Origin: Bolinopsis microptera
Lineage: Eukaryota
Assembly: GCF_026151205.1 (NCBI RefSeq)
Contig: NC_087076.1
Span: 16,389,142 to 16,453,141 of the forward strand
DNA length: 64,000 nucleotides
Reading direction: 5' to 3'
Position numbers and translations under genes: made by a program. The first letter of the stretch is position 1; the number at the start of each line of letters is the position of its first letter. Below are positions 10,408 through 21,514 of this stretch, piece by piece. A model generated the notes under the pieces. It did no database searches, had not been told where the DNA came from, and saw only the letters and a list, made by a program, of their open reading frames with translations.

Positions 10408-11169
10408 TTATTTGCTCATCACGATCTACTCATTACTGTTTATTTTAATTCGACATTGAATGTCAACTTGAATTAGTTCATGGCCGCCTGGCCAATAACA
10501 TGGATGTTAAATTCATTCAAACGTATATTAATATCATGATATAATAATATTAAAAATTTATTTTAAACTAATAGTAATACAATGATACATTAAACTACTA
10601 CAATGTCAGGATCCCGCATAGTGCATTGGTAGTGTTGACATCATGTCGCTATTATTACCATGAAATCAATCACTTCATCGGGCATCGCGCTAAAAAGCTA
10701 GAAACTAGGATAATCGTAACTGACTTATCATTCAGCATCATAGTGGGCCCAATGCCCATGCTTGTACAGGAGTTGCATCTGCACTCGATATCTGTGTTTT
10801 GGTGACCAACAAGTCATTTGATTACATACATTTTAAGTATTTTGCATAGTAAACTAGCTTGCAAATCCACACTTTCTCTCAAGGTATATTTGTAGCTTAT
10901 TCCATTGTGTAATTTGTATGTAATTGATTGATTCAAAAGATTAAAAAATGTGGGTATTTATATCAATTCTCCTCATTCCACTTACCGCTTTTCATCCTCA
11001 CATAAATTTGTCATGCATCCACTTCCTGGAAGATTTCCACACCCAAGAGGCAGGTAGATCAGCATCTTCATGCTATCCTTTTGTAAGCCCCATAGGTTCA
11101 ACTAAACACTTGTGCCTGTGGGTGGAAGACCGCACTCTGTAACGTGGGGCAATCTTCCATGATGCCGTT

Positions 11170-11546
11170 CTTCTTCTCCCTACTTCGTCCCCCTACTTCT
11201 TCTCCCTACATCTTCTCCCTACATCTTCTTCCTACTTCTTCTCCCTACTTCTTCTCCCTACTTCTTCTCCCTACATCTTCTCCCTACTTCTTCTCCCTAC
11301 TTCTTCTCCCTACTTCTTCTCCCTACTTCTTCTCCCTACTTCTTCTCCCTTCTTCTTCTCCCTACTTCTTCTCCCTACTTCTTCTCACTACTTTTCTCCC
11401 TACTTCTTCTCCCTACTTCTTCTCCCAACTTCTTCTCCTTCTTCTTCTCCCTACTTCTTCTCCCTTCTTCTTCTCCCTACTTCTTCTCACTACTTTTTAT
11501 CCCTACTTCTTCTCCCTACTTCGTCTCCCTACTTTTTCTCCCTACT
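11170..11546. repeat. 15-bp minisatellite (TCTCCCTACTTCTTC)n, ~25 units
   Basis: Direct reading of the sequence. The + ORF 11144-11659 (SPYFFSLLLLPTS repeats) is its translation. Confidence 0.85.
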
Positions 11547-12330
11547 CCAGCAGATGTTACACAACTGTACAGTCTATCTCACTCCATTTCCTGAAAAGTA
11601 CATGTGGTGTGGCACCGAAGAGGAGCATCTACATCGCTTCAATTCGACAAAGTGCGTGAGAAATATGTGGAAGAACGGATTACGGATAGGAGTGTCACAA
11701 CAATAGGAGTGTTCTGGTAGATACCAGAACACTACCGTGATCAAGGTTATAAGACTAAAGGATCTGTCCAGATTATCCAGCTCTCCTAAGAGTAAGACTA
11801 AGACACCCTGTGGCTCTAGACGGACCGATCCAAGAGTCTTCGGTGGACAGTAGGACAACAGAAGAATCTGGCTAAAATGGCTTCGGAGGCTGTAACAACC
11901 ATTTAAAAGCTATAGAAATGGTTGAAGGTGAACCTTGGTTAAAAGACAAATACTTGAGAAACACTCACCATGAAATGTCACTTAAACCTTTTGAAACTGC
12001 GGAGAAAGTTTACTCATTTATCGGAGCTACTCTAACCGATCATATTAAAGAATGCATTTTAAATATAACTGGAGGCGAATCAGAAGGATTTTTAAATCGT
12101 CCCAAACATGCTTTCAATGTTTACAGGAATTCTACGGACATCGTCACAAAATGGAAGAAATTGTTCTCAGTCACCTTTAATACTGGGACGTTTTCTTAAT
12201 TGAAGCTCAATGTAAACGGATGTTTGAACCGTTAATAGGTCATTTTTCCGTTGATACGATACCTGTTTTTTAAAATAAATTCAGCATTAGATGAGTTATA
12301 TGACGAAATTGATTTTGGAAGAAACTGACG
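11547..12330 (+). pseudogene. Degenerate sulfotransferase copy 4 (lacks 5' half; middle and C-terminal segments with frameshifts)
   Basis: LQQMLHNCTVYLTPFPEKYMWCGTEEEHLHRFNSTKCVRNMWKNG starts exactly at the minisatellite end. ORF 11918-12199 encodes EPWLKDKYLRNTHHEMSLKPFETAEKVYSFIGATLTD... The minus ORF 11574-11858 is antisense noise. Confidence 0.6.
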
Positions 12331-13204
12331 ATCCTAATTTTAATTACGACTGATTGCAAGTAGAATGCAAAAACTATTCTGATTTATCGATTAAGATCAA
12401 AAATTTGTTAATGCTTACCCCAGACTGATAGTTTTTATGAAGAAGCTGCGGCGGAATGACAAGCTGAGCTCCGCCCAGTAAATCAATGCTTGATATACCA
12501 CCGTACTCTAGCTTCTAGAATTTCGATATCACATTTTAAATCCGATTATTCAAAAGTGGTATTATTATACTCGGCAAATTTATACAAAATAATGAATACA
12601 TTGTTTAGAAAGCATGAAGAATCGTTATAGTTATTAATCAGGGTAAGACAATGAAGAAAAAAAAATCAACATGTAATAACTATGATATGAAAGGGATATA
12701 TATATTATTATATAATATGAAGAAGAAGAGCAAATTACCAGCTGAATTCACAAAAAAGTACGGTTGACACATGACACTGGGAGTGATAAATTCAAAATAA
12801 ATCTTCAGTGCAAAAGAATAAGTTTATGAGGTGTTCACCAAACCTTTACCAATACCAGACTCCGCTCTGTCTTTATTGTAGTAGATCTATTACGTTGTCA
12901 AACATGACTACTTACGGCCGGGGCTTCATTATTGCATTTGAAAAACAAAAGTTAAAGCTTTATTATGCTTCAAGATGTTGAAAATGTATAAACTCTAACT
13001 GTCATGAAGATTCAACTAGATCAAAATGAGACCGAGCTAATAGCTGTATAGGTGAGACCGAGCTAACAGTCGACTATTAGCTCAGTCTTACCTAGTTACA
13101 TCATCATTGCCTAATTATAAAACAATTTTCTTACAACAGTGTTTTTTCAAGTTCAATCTTTCAATGTCCACGTTCGCCTTATAGAACAGAACCTTCTTTT
13201 TATC

Positions 13205-15760
13205 TTATACAGGATGTTTTTTGATGACTTGCCTTGCAACGCTTGACAGACTAGGACCATTCCCGGATGAAAACTTTGTTACTCCATCACGAATCTTTGT
13301 TCTTTCCTCTTCGACGTTTATGTTCTTGTCCATAAGGATGCAAATCTTTGGTATGAAGATGCTCAAGAGGAAGGCTGTTGAGGTGATAGAGACCACTATG
13401 GCACGCAGGATAGCTTGAATTTTTGGAGGAGAAAAACCGTATCCTGCCAGGAACATGATGGAGCACAACAACACCACAAATGTGGCACAAAATATGTTGA
13501 GGGACTCTCTGAAGTTGTGAGGAAACTTCCTCATCTTGAATGCCAGGACCAAAGTAACGAGAAACGATAGACCAGGCAAAACGATTGGGATTACCAGGGT
13601 CTTGCTATTGATGCTGGTACACCTTAGGTGCCAGGATTTGTGAGGCTCTTTCTGGTACCTTTCAAAGGCCCAGCTGGGTCCACTTCCGGTGTTGCTGTCA
13701 ATGAGAAGGATGATCACTGTTATCGCCAGGGTGAGCAAGTTAAAGGCGGTCTGGCCTGTTCTTTTGAGGAGCAGACCGAACTTTGGCGCCGAAAAACTTT
13801 GAGCAGCAGCAAAAATGTCGTAAACCTTAACACATTTATAAAGCAAGTTGGTAGATATCAAGGTAGCAAAAATTGCAAATGAGTAGTACTCCGCTGAGCA
13901 AGTTGTGGTCGAGGCTTTAAGAAGAGGAGTCAAAGCCGTAGGATACCCGATCAGCAAGCTTAATAGAACCATATAGAGATAGCCGGGGTCAGAAGCTTTG
14001 ATAACTGGCCTATCCTCATTTCTAAAGATTACAACACCGAAGACAATTACCATTGCCATACCAAGCGGCATGCTTGAAGCTCCCACGATAAAGGTTGGTG
14101 AATTCGGCTGAATGTAGATTTCTGGGGCCAAGACACAAGCAGTGTTATTCTCATTAGCTGACATGGAGGGATCACATACTTTGCAAACATTTGTGTCATT
14201 TTCGGTGCTGTATTGGTGAAGATTGCAATCTTCACATGTCCAACAGCAGGGAAGATATTGGATATTCCGATTAAAACGTCGATGGGTGCCTGGCTGGCAG
14301 GTATACGAACACGTTTTGTTGTAGCCTGACATGCTTTCCAGAAGACTTTCGTTCATCACTTCTATTCGGTCAACGAATGCCCTTCCTAGAGTCCTGAAAG
14401 TCTGTGTCTCAGTTTTGTAGACCCCAATCCTGTAGCCAGTGTTGACTGTCTTGTTGAACATCCTGATGGGTATTGTTACATTTTCTTCCAGAGTAACATT
14501 CAACGTTCGATTCTCATTCACGATTTGGTTGAACAGCTTTGTTTTGTAGTCCATTAAACATCGAGTTCCACCAGGTAAAACAGGTACTACCATATTTGTA
14601 AGAATGGCATGAAGAGATTCTAAAACCAACTTAACTCCTCCGACCATGTAAGGAATCCAGCTGGTCAGTTTGCACATCTTTGGCTCATCTCCATCTTTTG
14701 GACATCTGTAACTTTGTACCTTCTGATAGAGGTCGTCGATATAGTCTCTCTTTTTAACCTGTCTCCAATCTTTGTTTACATCTTTTAACGTTTGGTCCAT
14801 TTTGACATTGAGGAGATCTGGTAGTGGAAGTATGAGGGTGTTGTGTCCAGAGGTATTTAGGATTGCTGTATAGCCATCTAGGAAACGGTATCGTCCGTTT
14901 GATAATCCGAGTATGTAGATCTTATCTCGGAATCCTAGATTTCCGACCATCTCTTTTAGCATTGCTCTGGTTGTTGATCTAGAATTTTGAAGAATAAGTT
15001 GAACCCGCGAAGGGGTCCCGCCAGTTTCATTGTAGGTTTGTTTTATCCTTGGAATGTGATCTTTGGATGTGACATCAGTTATTCGTCCACATCCTACCTT
15101 TTTGACGTAGCTGTTGAATATGTGCTCGGCCATATCTTTAGAATATTCGTGATACCAAATGTCCATATATTGATAACCCATCTTTTCTAAGAATCGAATA
15201 GTTATTTCTGCTTCTTTGACTTCCGTGTCTATCATGGAAAATAGATTTGGATACATGCTACCTGTCATCAACTCATCATCATTGAACATATACACGAATG
15301 TGGGAATGTGGAATGATGACATGATAGCAGCAGATCTTTTGGTGTATTCTTTATTGTCGACTCCAGAAACTCCTATGACCTTCTTGTTGCTAGCAAGTGC
15401 AGCAGAGATTCTTCCTGTGACAGCTGAACTCATGCAAGTGTCATACATCTCGTATCCCAGGGTCTTGTTGAAATCCTTTTTAAATCTTTCATTTTCTTTG
15501 TCTATTACCATCCTAAGGGCGATGGCCTTCTGGATGCCATATTCCTCAATCCCAGAGTAAGAACAACTTTGAACTGGGATTTTAGTGCCGTCATCATCGT
15601 CTGTGTACTCGAGCTGGCCTATCTGGAACATTCCTCCGATGATGAAGTCTCCGTCTTTTGCAGCAATGGGGGTATCAAGATACCGTACCTGACAAACTCC
15701 CTCATCCTCACCAGCTACTCCTGGTAAAGTGAGCACCAGGAGGACAAATATTGCAAACAT
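13205..15760 (-). CDS. Class C (family 3) GPCR, intronless, copy 1: signal peptide, Venus-flytrap/ANF-receptor-like ectodomain, 9-cysteine domain, 7TM
   Basis: The listed 925-aa ORF carries a non-coding N-terminal read-through; the homologous start is MFAIFVLLVLTLPGVAG at 15760. The Cys-rich block CSYTCQPGTHRRFNRNIQYLPCCWTCEDCNLHQY..VCKVCD..TAC has 9 Cys including the CCWxC motif. There are seven hydrophobic helices, with a TM3 Cys and the TM7 motif FIPKICILM (class C PKxY-like). AATAAA signals lie 250-350 bp below the stop. Confidence 0.8.
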   Translation of the reverse strand: MFAIFVLLVLTLPGVAGEDEGVCQVRYLDTPIAAKDGDFIIGGMFQIGQLEYTDDDDGTKIPVQSCSYSGIEEYGIQKAIALRMVIDKENERFKKDFNKTLGYEMYDTCMSSAVTGRISAALASNKKVIGVSGVDNKEYTKRSAAIMSSFHIPTFVYMFNDDELMTGSMYPNLFSMIDTEVKEAEITIRFLEKMGYQYMDIWYHEYSKDMAEHIFNSYVKKVGCGRITDVTSKDHIPRIKQTYNETGGTPSRVQLILQNSRSTTRAMLKEMVGNLGFRDKIYILGLSNGRYRFLDGYTAILNTSGHNTLILPLPDLLNVKMDQTLKDVNKDWRQVKKRDYIDDLYQKVQSYRCPKDGDEPKMCKLTSWIPYMVGGVKLVLESLHAILTNMVVPVLPGGTRCLMDYKTKLFNQIVNENRTLNVTLEENVTIPIRMFNKTVNTGYRIGVYKTETQTFRTLGRAFVDRIEVMNESLLESMSGYNKTCSYTCQPGTHRRFNRNIQYLPCCWTCEDCNLHQYSTENDTNVCKVCDPSMSANENNTACVLAPEIYIQPNSPTFIVGASSMPLGMAMVIVFGVVIFRNEDRPVIKASDPGYLYMVLLSLLIGYPTALTPLLKASTTTCSAEYYSFAIFATLISTNLLYKCVKVYDIFAAAQSFSAPKFGLLLKRTGQTAFNLLTLAITVIILLIDSNTGSGPSWAFERYQKEPHKSWHLRCTSINSKTLVIPIVLPGLSFLVTLVLAFKMRKFPHNFRESLNIFCATFVVLLCSIMFLAGYGFSPPKIQAILRAIVVSITSTAFLLSIFIPKICILMDKNINVEEERTKIRDGVTKFSSGNGPSLSSVARQVIKKHPV

Positions 15761-15952
15761 TACACAATTTCGTACAATTGATATGTCATAAACATTCACC
15801 TCAACAGTCTCCCGATATCTACTATAATTGTTCTGATATTCTACGGAACCACGACATGGACAATAGAAGTATAAATGTACTATAGTTCGACAGAAAATTG
15901 CGATTGTTTGGTTATTAGGATCCTTTATCCTTCTTTTATCATACCAGTGAAG

Positions 15953-16040
15953 AAGATGTGGAAACACGGAGTGTAACAACAAGAGATCTGTAGATATCGG
16001 GACACTACCGTGATCAAGGTTATAAGACTAGAGGATCTAG
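15953..16040 (+). pseudogene. Sulfotransferase internal fragment (WKHGV.QQEICRYRDTTVIKVIRLEDL) abutting the 5' flank of GPCR copy 1
   Basis: Nucleotide identity to paralog 1 positions ~1420-1500. The same breakpoint fragment recurs at 21791-22005 and 11640-11760. Confidence 0.5.
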
Positions 16041-16203
16041 TCTTATAACCTTTTTCGGAGTTGTGCGAGATGACGATACATAAAGGCAGCAGAATTATGA
16101 GGACTACCAGATCCTGGTGGAACCTAAGCGATCCATGATATCACGACAGGCCCTAGACAGGCTAGGCTAGTAAAACACGAATTCGATTGTCATGTTTGAT
16201 TGT

Positions 16204-16277
16204 TTAGGGCTTGGGTTAGGGTTAGGGTTGTGGTTAGGGTTATTGATAGCTTCAGGGTTATGGTTAGGGTTAAGGTT
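16204..16277. repeat. Interstitial telomere-like repeat, degenerate (TTAGGG)n
   Basis: GGGCTTGGGTTAGGGTTAGGGTTGTGGTTAGGGTTATTGATAGCTTCAGGGTTATGGTTAGGGTTAAGG. Confidence 0.6.
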
Positions 16278-16360
16278 TATGTAAAACCGTTTTGTTTGGC
16301 TGCAAAACCATAAAAATCAAGGTCACATGATAATTTTTGGACTAGCAAATTAGTAAAAGC

Positions 16361-16540
16361 CTCAATACTGGGACGTTTTGTCGATTGAAGCTTAATGTAA
16401 ACGGATGTTTGAACCGTTAATAGGTCGTTTTTCCGTTGATACGATACCTGCTTTTTAAACTAAATTCAGCATTAGATGAGTTATATGACGAAATTGATCT
16501 TGGAAGAAACTGACGATCCTAATTTTAATTACGACTGTCG
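16361..16540 (+). pseudogene. Sulfotransferase 3'-terminal fragment plus its conserved ~350-bp 3' flank (to ~16900)
   Basis: Encodes ..IEA.CKRMFEPLIGRFSVDTIP.. and ..LDELYDEIDLGRN. The downstream flank CCCCAGACTGATAGTTTTTATGAAG..CTGCGGCGGAATGACAAGCTGAGCGCCG.. is shared with 12413-12700, 41447-41740 and 46205-46500. Confidence 0.5.
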
Positions 16541-16929
16541 ATTGCAAGTATAATGCAAAAACTACATATTCTGATTTATCGATTAAGATCAAAGATTTGT
16601 TAATGCTTACCCCAGACTGATAGTTTTTATGAAGAGTTGCGGCGGAATGACAAGCTGAGCGCCGTCCAGTAAATCAATGCTTGATATACCACCGTACTCT
16701 AGCTTCTAGAATTTCGATATCACATTTTAAATACGATTATTCATATATTTATGTGGTATTATTATACTCGTAAAGTTTTTTATACAAAATAACGAATACA
16801 TTGTTTAAAAAGCATAAAGAGTCGTTATAGTTAAATCAGGGTAAGACAATGAAAATGAAATAATCAATAATCAACATGTAATATCTTTAACATATGATTT
16901 AAAAGTAAAAACACATACAGTAATGTTCA

Positions 16930-18190
16930 CCTGGAGGAGGAAATGGGAATTCTCAGAACCTCCAACAGTGAACGGAACCGAAATAAGTATGCGTTATTCA
17001 ACTAAATTTCCAGGAGTAACACTCGATAGCAAACTCACGTGGAATGAACACATCAAAAATTAGTATAAAAAAGCCAAAGGCATACTCATGCAATGCAGCT
17101 GTAGTCAGACCTTCCCTGACATACGCTGCGACAATCTGGCTCAATGGTGTATCCAAAAAACATAACTTAACAATCCTAAGAAGCGTACAGCGGCTAGGAA
17201 ATATTCTCATAACAGGAGGGTTACCATCAACTCCTGGAGCAGCTCTAGACATCATCACCGGAATCGTCCCCATCGACCTGGTGATAAAAGAGGAAGCAGC
17301 AAAAGGAGCTCTTAGACTCAAATCCAACAACCACTGGATATATGAGCCGATGGTTAACAAGAAGGGCAACCTAGTCACCCATACAAAACTCAACGAACAG
17401 TTACTAAAGGCTATCAAACTCAATTCTGAAGGAGAAGATCAACAGACTAGGAAACAACTCAACCGTCTTCCAGGCCGAGACCTTTGCCTTAGGCACAGCG
17501 GCAAAAATACTGCGGGAATCTGGAACCAAAACTAGAAAAATCATCATAAATTATGATAGCCAGGAGACAATAATGGCAATGAGCAATATCAAAGTCAAAT
17601 CAAAAAGCAACAGCATAGCAATCAGTGAGCTGAACCAACTAGCAATGGACAATCAAGTCCTATTATGATGGATACCAGCTCATAAAGGCTATGATGGTAA
17701 CGAAAAGGCAGACTCTCTTGCCAAAAATGGCTCTGATAACTTGATCTGAGCCCAAGTGCAACTACCAATACCAAAAGTATTATGGAAGGGAGCGCTGCGG
17801 AGTATAAATCATCGGAAAATGAGGAAAAGATGGAGAACGTTACCCAACACTCACTTTTAACGAGTATGGAGACATAAATTCGCCAAATCAACTTGGCAAA
17901 GAGGGCACAAGAACAGCGACACAATTCTTCACTGGACATTATGAAAAAAACTAACACATTAATGAGTTCATGCCGACGGTCCCCAAAATTTGTCCACACT
18001 GTCTCATGGAAGAGGAAACAATGAACCACTTTATTGGTCAATGCCCGAAATGGTCTTACCAACGAGGAGGATACTTTGACTCCTTCTATCTCAGTGTGAC
18101 AGATATAGTGGACAAGTTCTCACTACCAAGGATCATCGGCTTCATACAAGCAACAAAACGATTTACTAAATGCAAAGAAAACAAAATTTA
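16930..18190 (+). mobile_element. 5'-truncated, degenerate I/R1-clade non-LTR retrotransposon fragment (RT C-terminal region + RNase H + terminal Cys-His finger)
   Basis: ORF 17044-17535 has VVRPSLTYAATIW..LRSVQRL..ITGGLPSTP. 17676-17745 encodes WIPAHKGYDGNEKADSLAKNGS (RNase H GxxGNExAD motif). 17997-18060 encodes CPHCLMEEETMNHFIGQCPKWSYQR. Multiple frameshifts. Confidence 0.55.
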
Positions 18191-18840
18191 AAAATGTTTT
18201 TTTCCTCGTCTTATTAATTTTACCGGGGTAAGCACAGGGCTCCAATGCTCTATCTTACAGTGGTCACGATCTTTCAATTAGTGATATTGACCACAGCCCC
18301 CTACGAGGAAGAAGATATAAAAAGGATATGAAGAAGAAGTGTAAGTTACCAGCTGAATTCACAAAAACGTACGCGTGACACTGGGAGTGATAAATTCAAA
18401 ATAAATTTTCAGTGCAAAAGAATACGTTTACGAGGTGTTCACCAAACCTTAACCAGACTCTGCTCTGTCTTAATTGTAGTAGATCTATCACGTTGTCAAA
18501 AATCATTCCTTGCGGCCAGGGCTTCATTATTGCTTTGTAATACAAAAGTATAAACCGTGCGAAAGTATGAACTGTATGAATTTTGAACTGTGTGAATTTT
18601 GCATTTCCTTTATTATGCTACCAGATCTTGAAAATTTATAAACTCTAACTGTCATGAAGATGTAACTAGATGAGACCGAGCTAATAGGTGAGACCGAGCT
18701 AACAGTCGACTATTAGCTCAGTCTTACCTAGTTACATCATTATTGCCTAATTATAAAATAATTGTCTTACAACAGTGTTTTTTCAAGTTCAATCTTTCAA
18801 TGTCCACGTTCGCCTTATAGAACAGAACCTTCTTTTTCTC

Positions 18841-21411
18841 TTATACAGGATGTTTTTTGATGACTTGCCTTGCAACGCCTGACAGACTAGGACCATTCCC
18901 GGATGAAAACTTTGTTACTCCATCACGAATCTTTGTTCTTTCCTCTTCGACGTTTATGTTCTTGTCCATAAGGATGCAAATCTTTGGTATGAAGATGCTC
19001 AAGAGGAAGGCTGTTGAGGTGATAGAGACCACTATGGCACGCAGCATAGCTTGGATTTTTGGAGGAGAAAAACCGTAGCCTGCCAGGAACATGATGGAGC
19101 ACAACAACACCACAAATGTGGCACAAAATATGTTGAGGGACTCTCTGAAGTTGTGAGGAAACTTCCTCATCTTGAATGCCAGGACCAAAGTAACGAGGAA
19201 CGATAGACCAGGCAAAACGATTGGGATTACCAGGGTCTTGCTATTGATGCTGGTACACCTTAAGTGCCATGATTTGTGAGACTCTTCCTGGTACCTTTCA
19301 AATGCCCAGCTGGGTCCACGTCCGGTGTTGCTGTCAATGAGAAGAATGATGACTGTTATCGCCAGGGTGAGCAAGTTGAAGGCGGTCTGGCCTGTTCTTT
19401 TGAGGAGCAGACCGAACTTTGGCGCCGAAAAACTTTGAGCAGCAGCAAAAATATCGTAAACCTTAACACACTTATAAAGCAAGTTGGTAGATATTAAGGT
19501 AGCAAAAATTGCAAATGAGTAGTACTCCGCTGAGCAAGTTGTGGTCGAGGCTTTAAAAAGAGGAGTCAAAGCCGTAGGATACCCGATCAGCAAGCTAAGT
19601 AGAACCATATAGAGATAGCCGGGATCAGAAGCTTTGATAACTGGCCTATCCTCGTTTCTAAAGATTACAACACCAAAGACAATTACCATTGCCATACCAA
19701 GTGGCATGCTTGAAGCTCCCACGATAAAGGTTGGTGAATTCGGCTGAATGTAGATTTCTGGGGCCAAGACACAAGCAGTGTTATTCTCATTGGCTGACAT
19801 GGAGGGATCACATACTTTGCAAACATTTGTGTCATTTTCGGTGCTGTATTGGTGAAGATTGCAATCTTCACAGGTCCAACAGCAGGGAAGATATTGGATA
19901 TTCCGATTAAAACGTCGATGGGTGCCTGGCTGGCAGGTATACGAACACGTTTTGTTGTAGCCTGACATGCTTTCCAGAAGACTTTCGTTCATCACTTCTA
20001 TTCGGTCAACGAATGCCCTTCCTAGAGTCCTGAAAGTCTGTGTCTCAGTTTTGTAGACCCCAATCCTGTAGCCAGTGTTGACTGTCTTGTTGAACATCCT
20101 GATGGGTATTGTTACATTTTCTTCCAGAGTAACATTCAACGTTCGATTCTCATTCACGATTTGGTTGAACAGCTTTGTTTTGTAGTCCATTAAACATCGA
20201 GTTCCGCCTGGTAAAACAGGTACTACCATATTTGTAAGAATGGCATGAAGAGATTCTAAAACCAACTTAACTCCTCCGACCATGTAAGGAATCCAGCTGG
20301 TCAATTTGCACATCTTTGGCTCATCTCCATCTTTTGGACATCTGTAACTTTGTACCTTCTGATAGAGGTCGTCGATATAGTCTCTCTTTTTAACCTGTCT
20401 CCAATCTTTGTTTAAATCTTTTAACGTTTGGTCCATTTTAACATTGAGGAGATCTGGTAGTGGAAGTATGAGGGTGTTGTGTCCAGAGGTATTTAGGATT
20501 GCTGTATAGCGATTTAGGAAACTGTATCGTCCGTTGGATAATCCAAGTATGTAAATCTTATCTCGGAATCCTAGATTTCCGACCATCTCTTTTAGCATTG
20601 CTCTGGTTGTTGCTGCAGAATTTTGAAGAATAAGTTGAACCCGCGAAGGGGTCCCGCCAGTTTCATTGTAGGTTTGTTTTATCCTTGGAATGTGATCTTT
20701 GGATGTGACATCAGTTATTCGTCCACATCCTACCTTTTTGACGTAGCTGTTGAATATGTGCTCGGCCATATCTTTAGAATATTCGTGATACCAAATGTCC
20801 ATATATTGATAACCCATCTTTTCTAAGAATCGAATAGTTATTTCTGCTTCTTTGACTTCCGTGTCTATCATGGAAAATAGATTTGGATACATGCTACCTG
20901 TCATCAACTCATCATCATTGAACATATACACGAATGTGGGAATGTGGAATGATGACATGATAGCAGCAGATCTTTTGGTGTATTCTTTATAGTCGACTCC
21001 AGAAACTCCTATGACCTTCTTGTTGCTAGCAAGTGCAGCAGAGATTCTTCCTGTGACAGCTGAACTCATGCAAGTGCCATACATCTCGTATCCCAGGGTC
21101 TTGTTGAAATCCTTTTTAAATCTTTCATTTTCTTTGTCTATTACCATCCTAAGGGCGATGGCCTTCTGGATGCCATATTCCTCAATCCCAGAGTAAGAAC
21201 AACTTTGAACTGGGATTTTAGTGCCGTCATCATCGTCTGTGTACTCGAGCTGGCCTATCTGGAACATTCCTCCAATGATGAAGTCTCCGTCTTTTGCAGC
21301 AATGGGGGTATCAAGATACCGTACCTGACAAACTCCCTCATCCTCACCAGCTACTCCTGGTAAAGTGAGCACCAGGAGAAAAAATATTGCAAACATTACA
21401 CAATTTTGCAC
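18841..21411 (-). CDS. Class C GPCR, intronless, copy 2 (856 aa; ~99% identical to copy 1)
   Basis: Intact ORF with the same domain order and motifs as copy 1. The start MQNCVMFAIFF allows an alternative start at the second Met. The 3' flank 18290-18840 and 5' flank 21412-21790 are also near-identical to those of copy 1. Confidence 0.85.
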   Translation of the reverse strand: MQNCVMFAIFFLLVLTLPGVAGEDEGVCQVRYLDTPIAAKDGDFIIGGMFQIGQLEYTDDDDGTKIPVQSCSYSGIEEYGIQKAIALRMVIDKENERFKKDFNKTLGYEMYGTCMSSAVTGRISAALASNKKVIGVSGVDYKEYTKRSAAIMSSFHIPTFVYMFNDDELMTGSMYPNLFSMIDTEVKEAEITIRFLEKMGYQYMDIWYHEYSKDMAEHIFNSYVKKVGCGRITDVTSKDHIPRIKQTYNETGGTPSRVQLILQNSAATTRAMLKEMVGNLGFRDKIYILGLSNGRYSFLNRYTAILNTSGHNTLILPLPDLLNVKMDQTLKDLNKDWRQVKKRDYIDDLYQKVQSYRCPKDGDEPKMCKLTSWIPYMVGGVKLVLESLHAILTNMVVPVLPGGTRCLMDYKTKLFNQIVNENRTLNVTLEENVTIPIRMFNKTVNTGYRIGVYKTETQTFRTLGRAFVDRIEVMNESLLESMSGYNKTCSYTCQPGTHRRFNRNIQYLPCCWTCEDCNLHQYSTENDTNVCKVCDPSMSANENNTACVLAPEIYIQPNSPTFIVGASSMPLGMAMVIVFGVVIFRNEDRPVIKASDPGYLYMVLLSLLIGYPTALTPLFKASTTTCSAEYYSFAIFATLISTNLLYKCVKVYDIFAAAQSFSAPKFGLLLKRTGQTAFNLLTLAITVIILLIDSNTGRGPSWAFERYQEESHKSWHLRCTSINSKTLVIPIVLPGLSFLVTLVLAFKMRKFPHNFRESLNIFCATFVVLLCSIMFLAGYGFSPPKIQAMLRAIVVSITSTAFLLSIFIPKICILMDKNINVEEERTKIRDGVTKFSSGNGPSLSGVARQVIKKHPV

Positions 21412-21514
21412 ATTTGATATGTCCTAAACATTCACCTCAACCATCAACAGTCTCCCGATCTCTACCATTGTTTTGCTATTCTACGAAACCTTGACATGGA
21501 TAAAAATTGCAATT

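Noticed and set aside
10600-10800. Possible small RNA/tRNA near GGGCCCAATGCCCATGCTTGTACAGGAGTTGCATCTGCACTCGATATCTGTG
   Set aside because: It has no cloverleaf and no T-loop (GGTTCGANNCC) or A/B-box arrangement. No credible RNA gene was detected anywhere in the window.
13221-15560. Many 60-115-aa ORFs on the + strand inside the GPCR genes (e.g. 13221-13418, 13628-13882, 15216-15560 and their counterparts at 18857-21196 and 43308-45228)
   Set aside because: They are antisense to a well-supported 850-aa CDS and are conserved only because the sense strand is. They show no independent domain signal.
13761-15982. N-terminal 74 codons of the listed 925-aa ORF (MLLHSVFPHLLHWYDKRRIKD...)
   Set aside because: This is read-through of the 5' flank and of a sulfotransferase fragment. 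Copies 2 and 3 start at the position homologous to 15760 (MFAIF...), and the extension is not conserved.
17622-18062. 146-aa minus-strand ORF
   Set aside because: Antisense to the I/R1-like RNase H / CCHC region, with no motifs.
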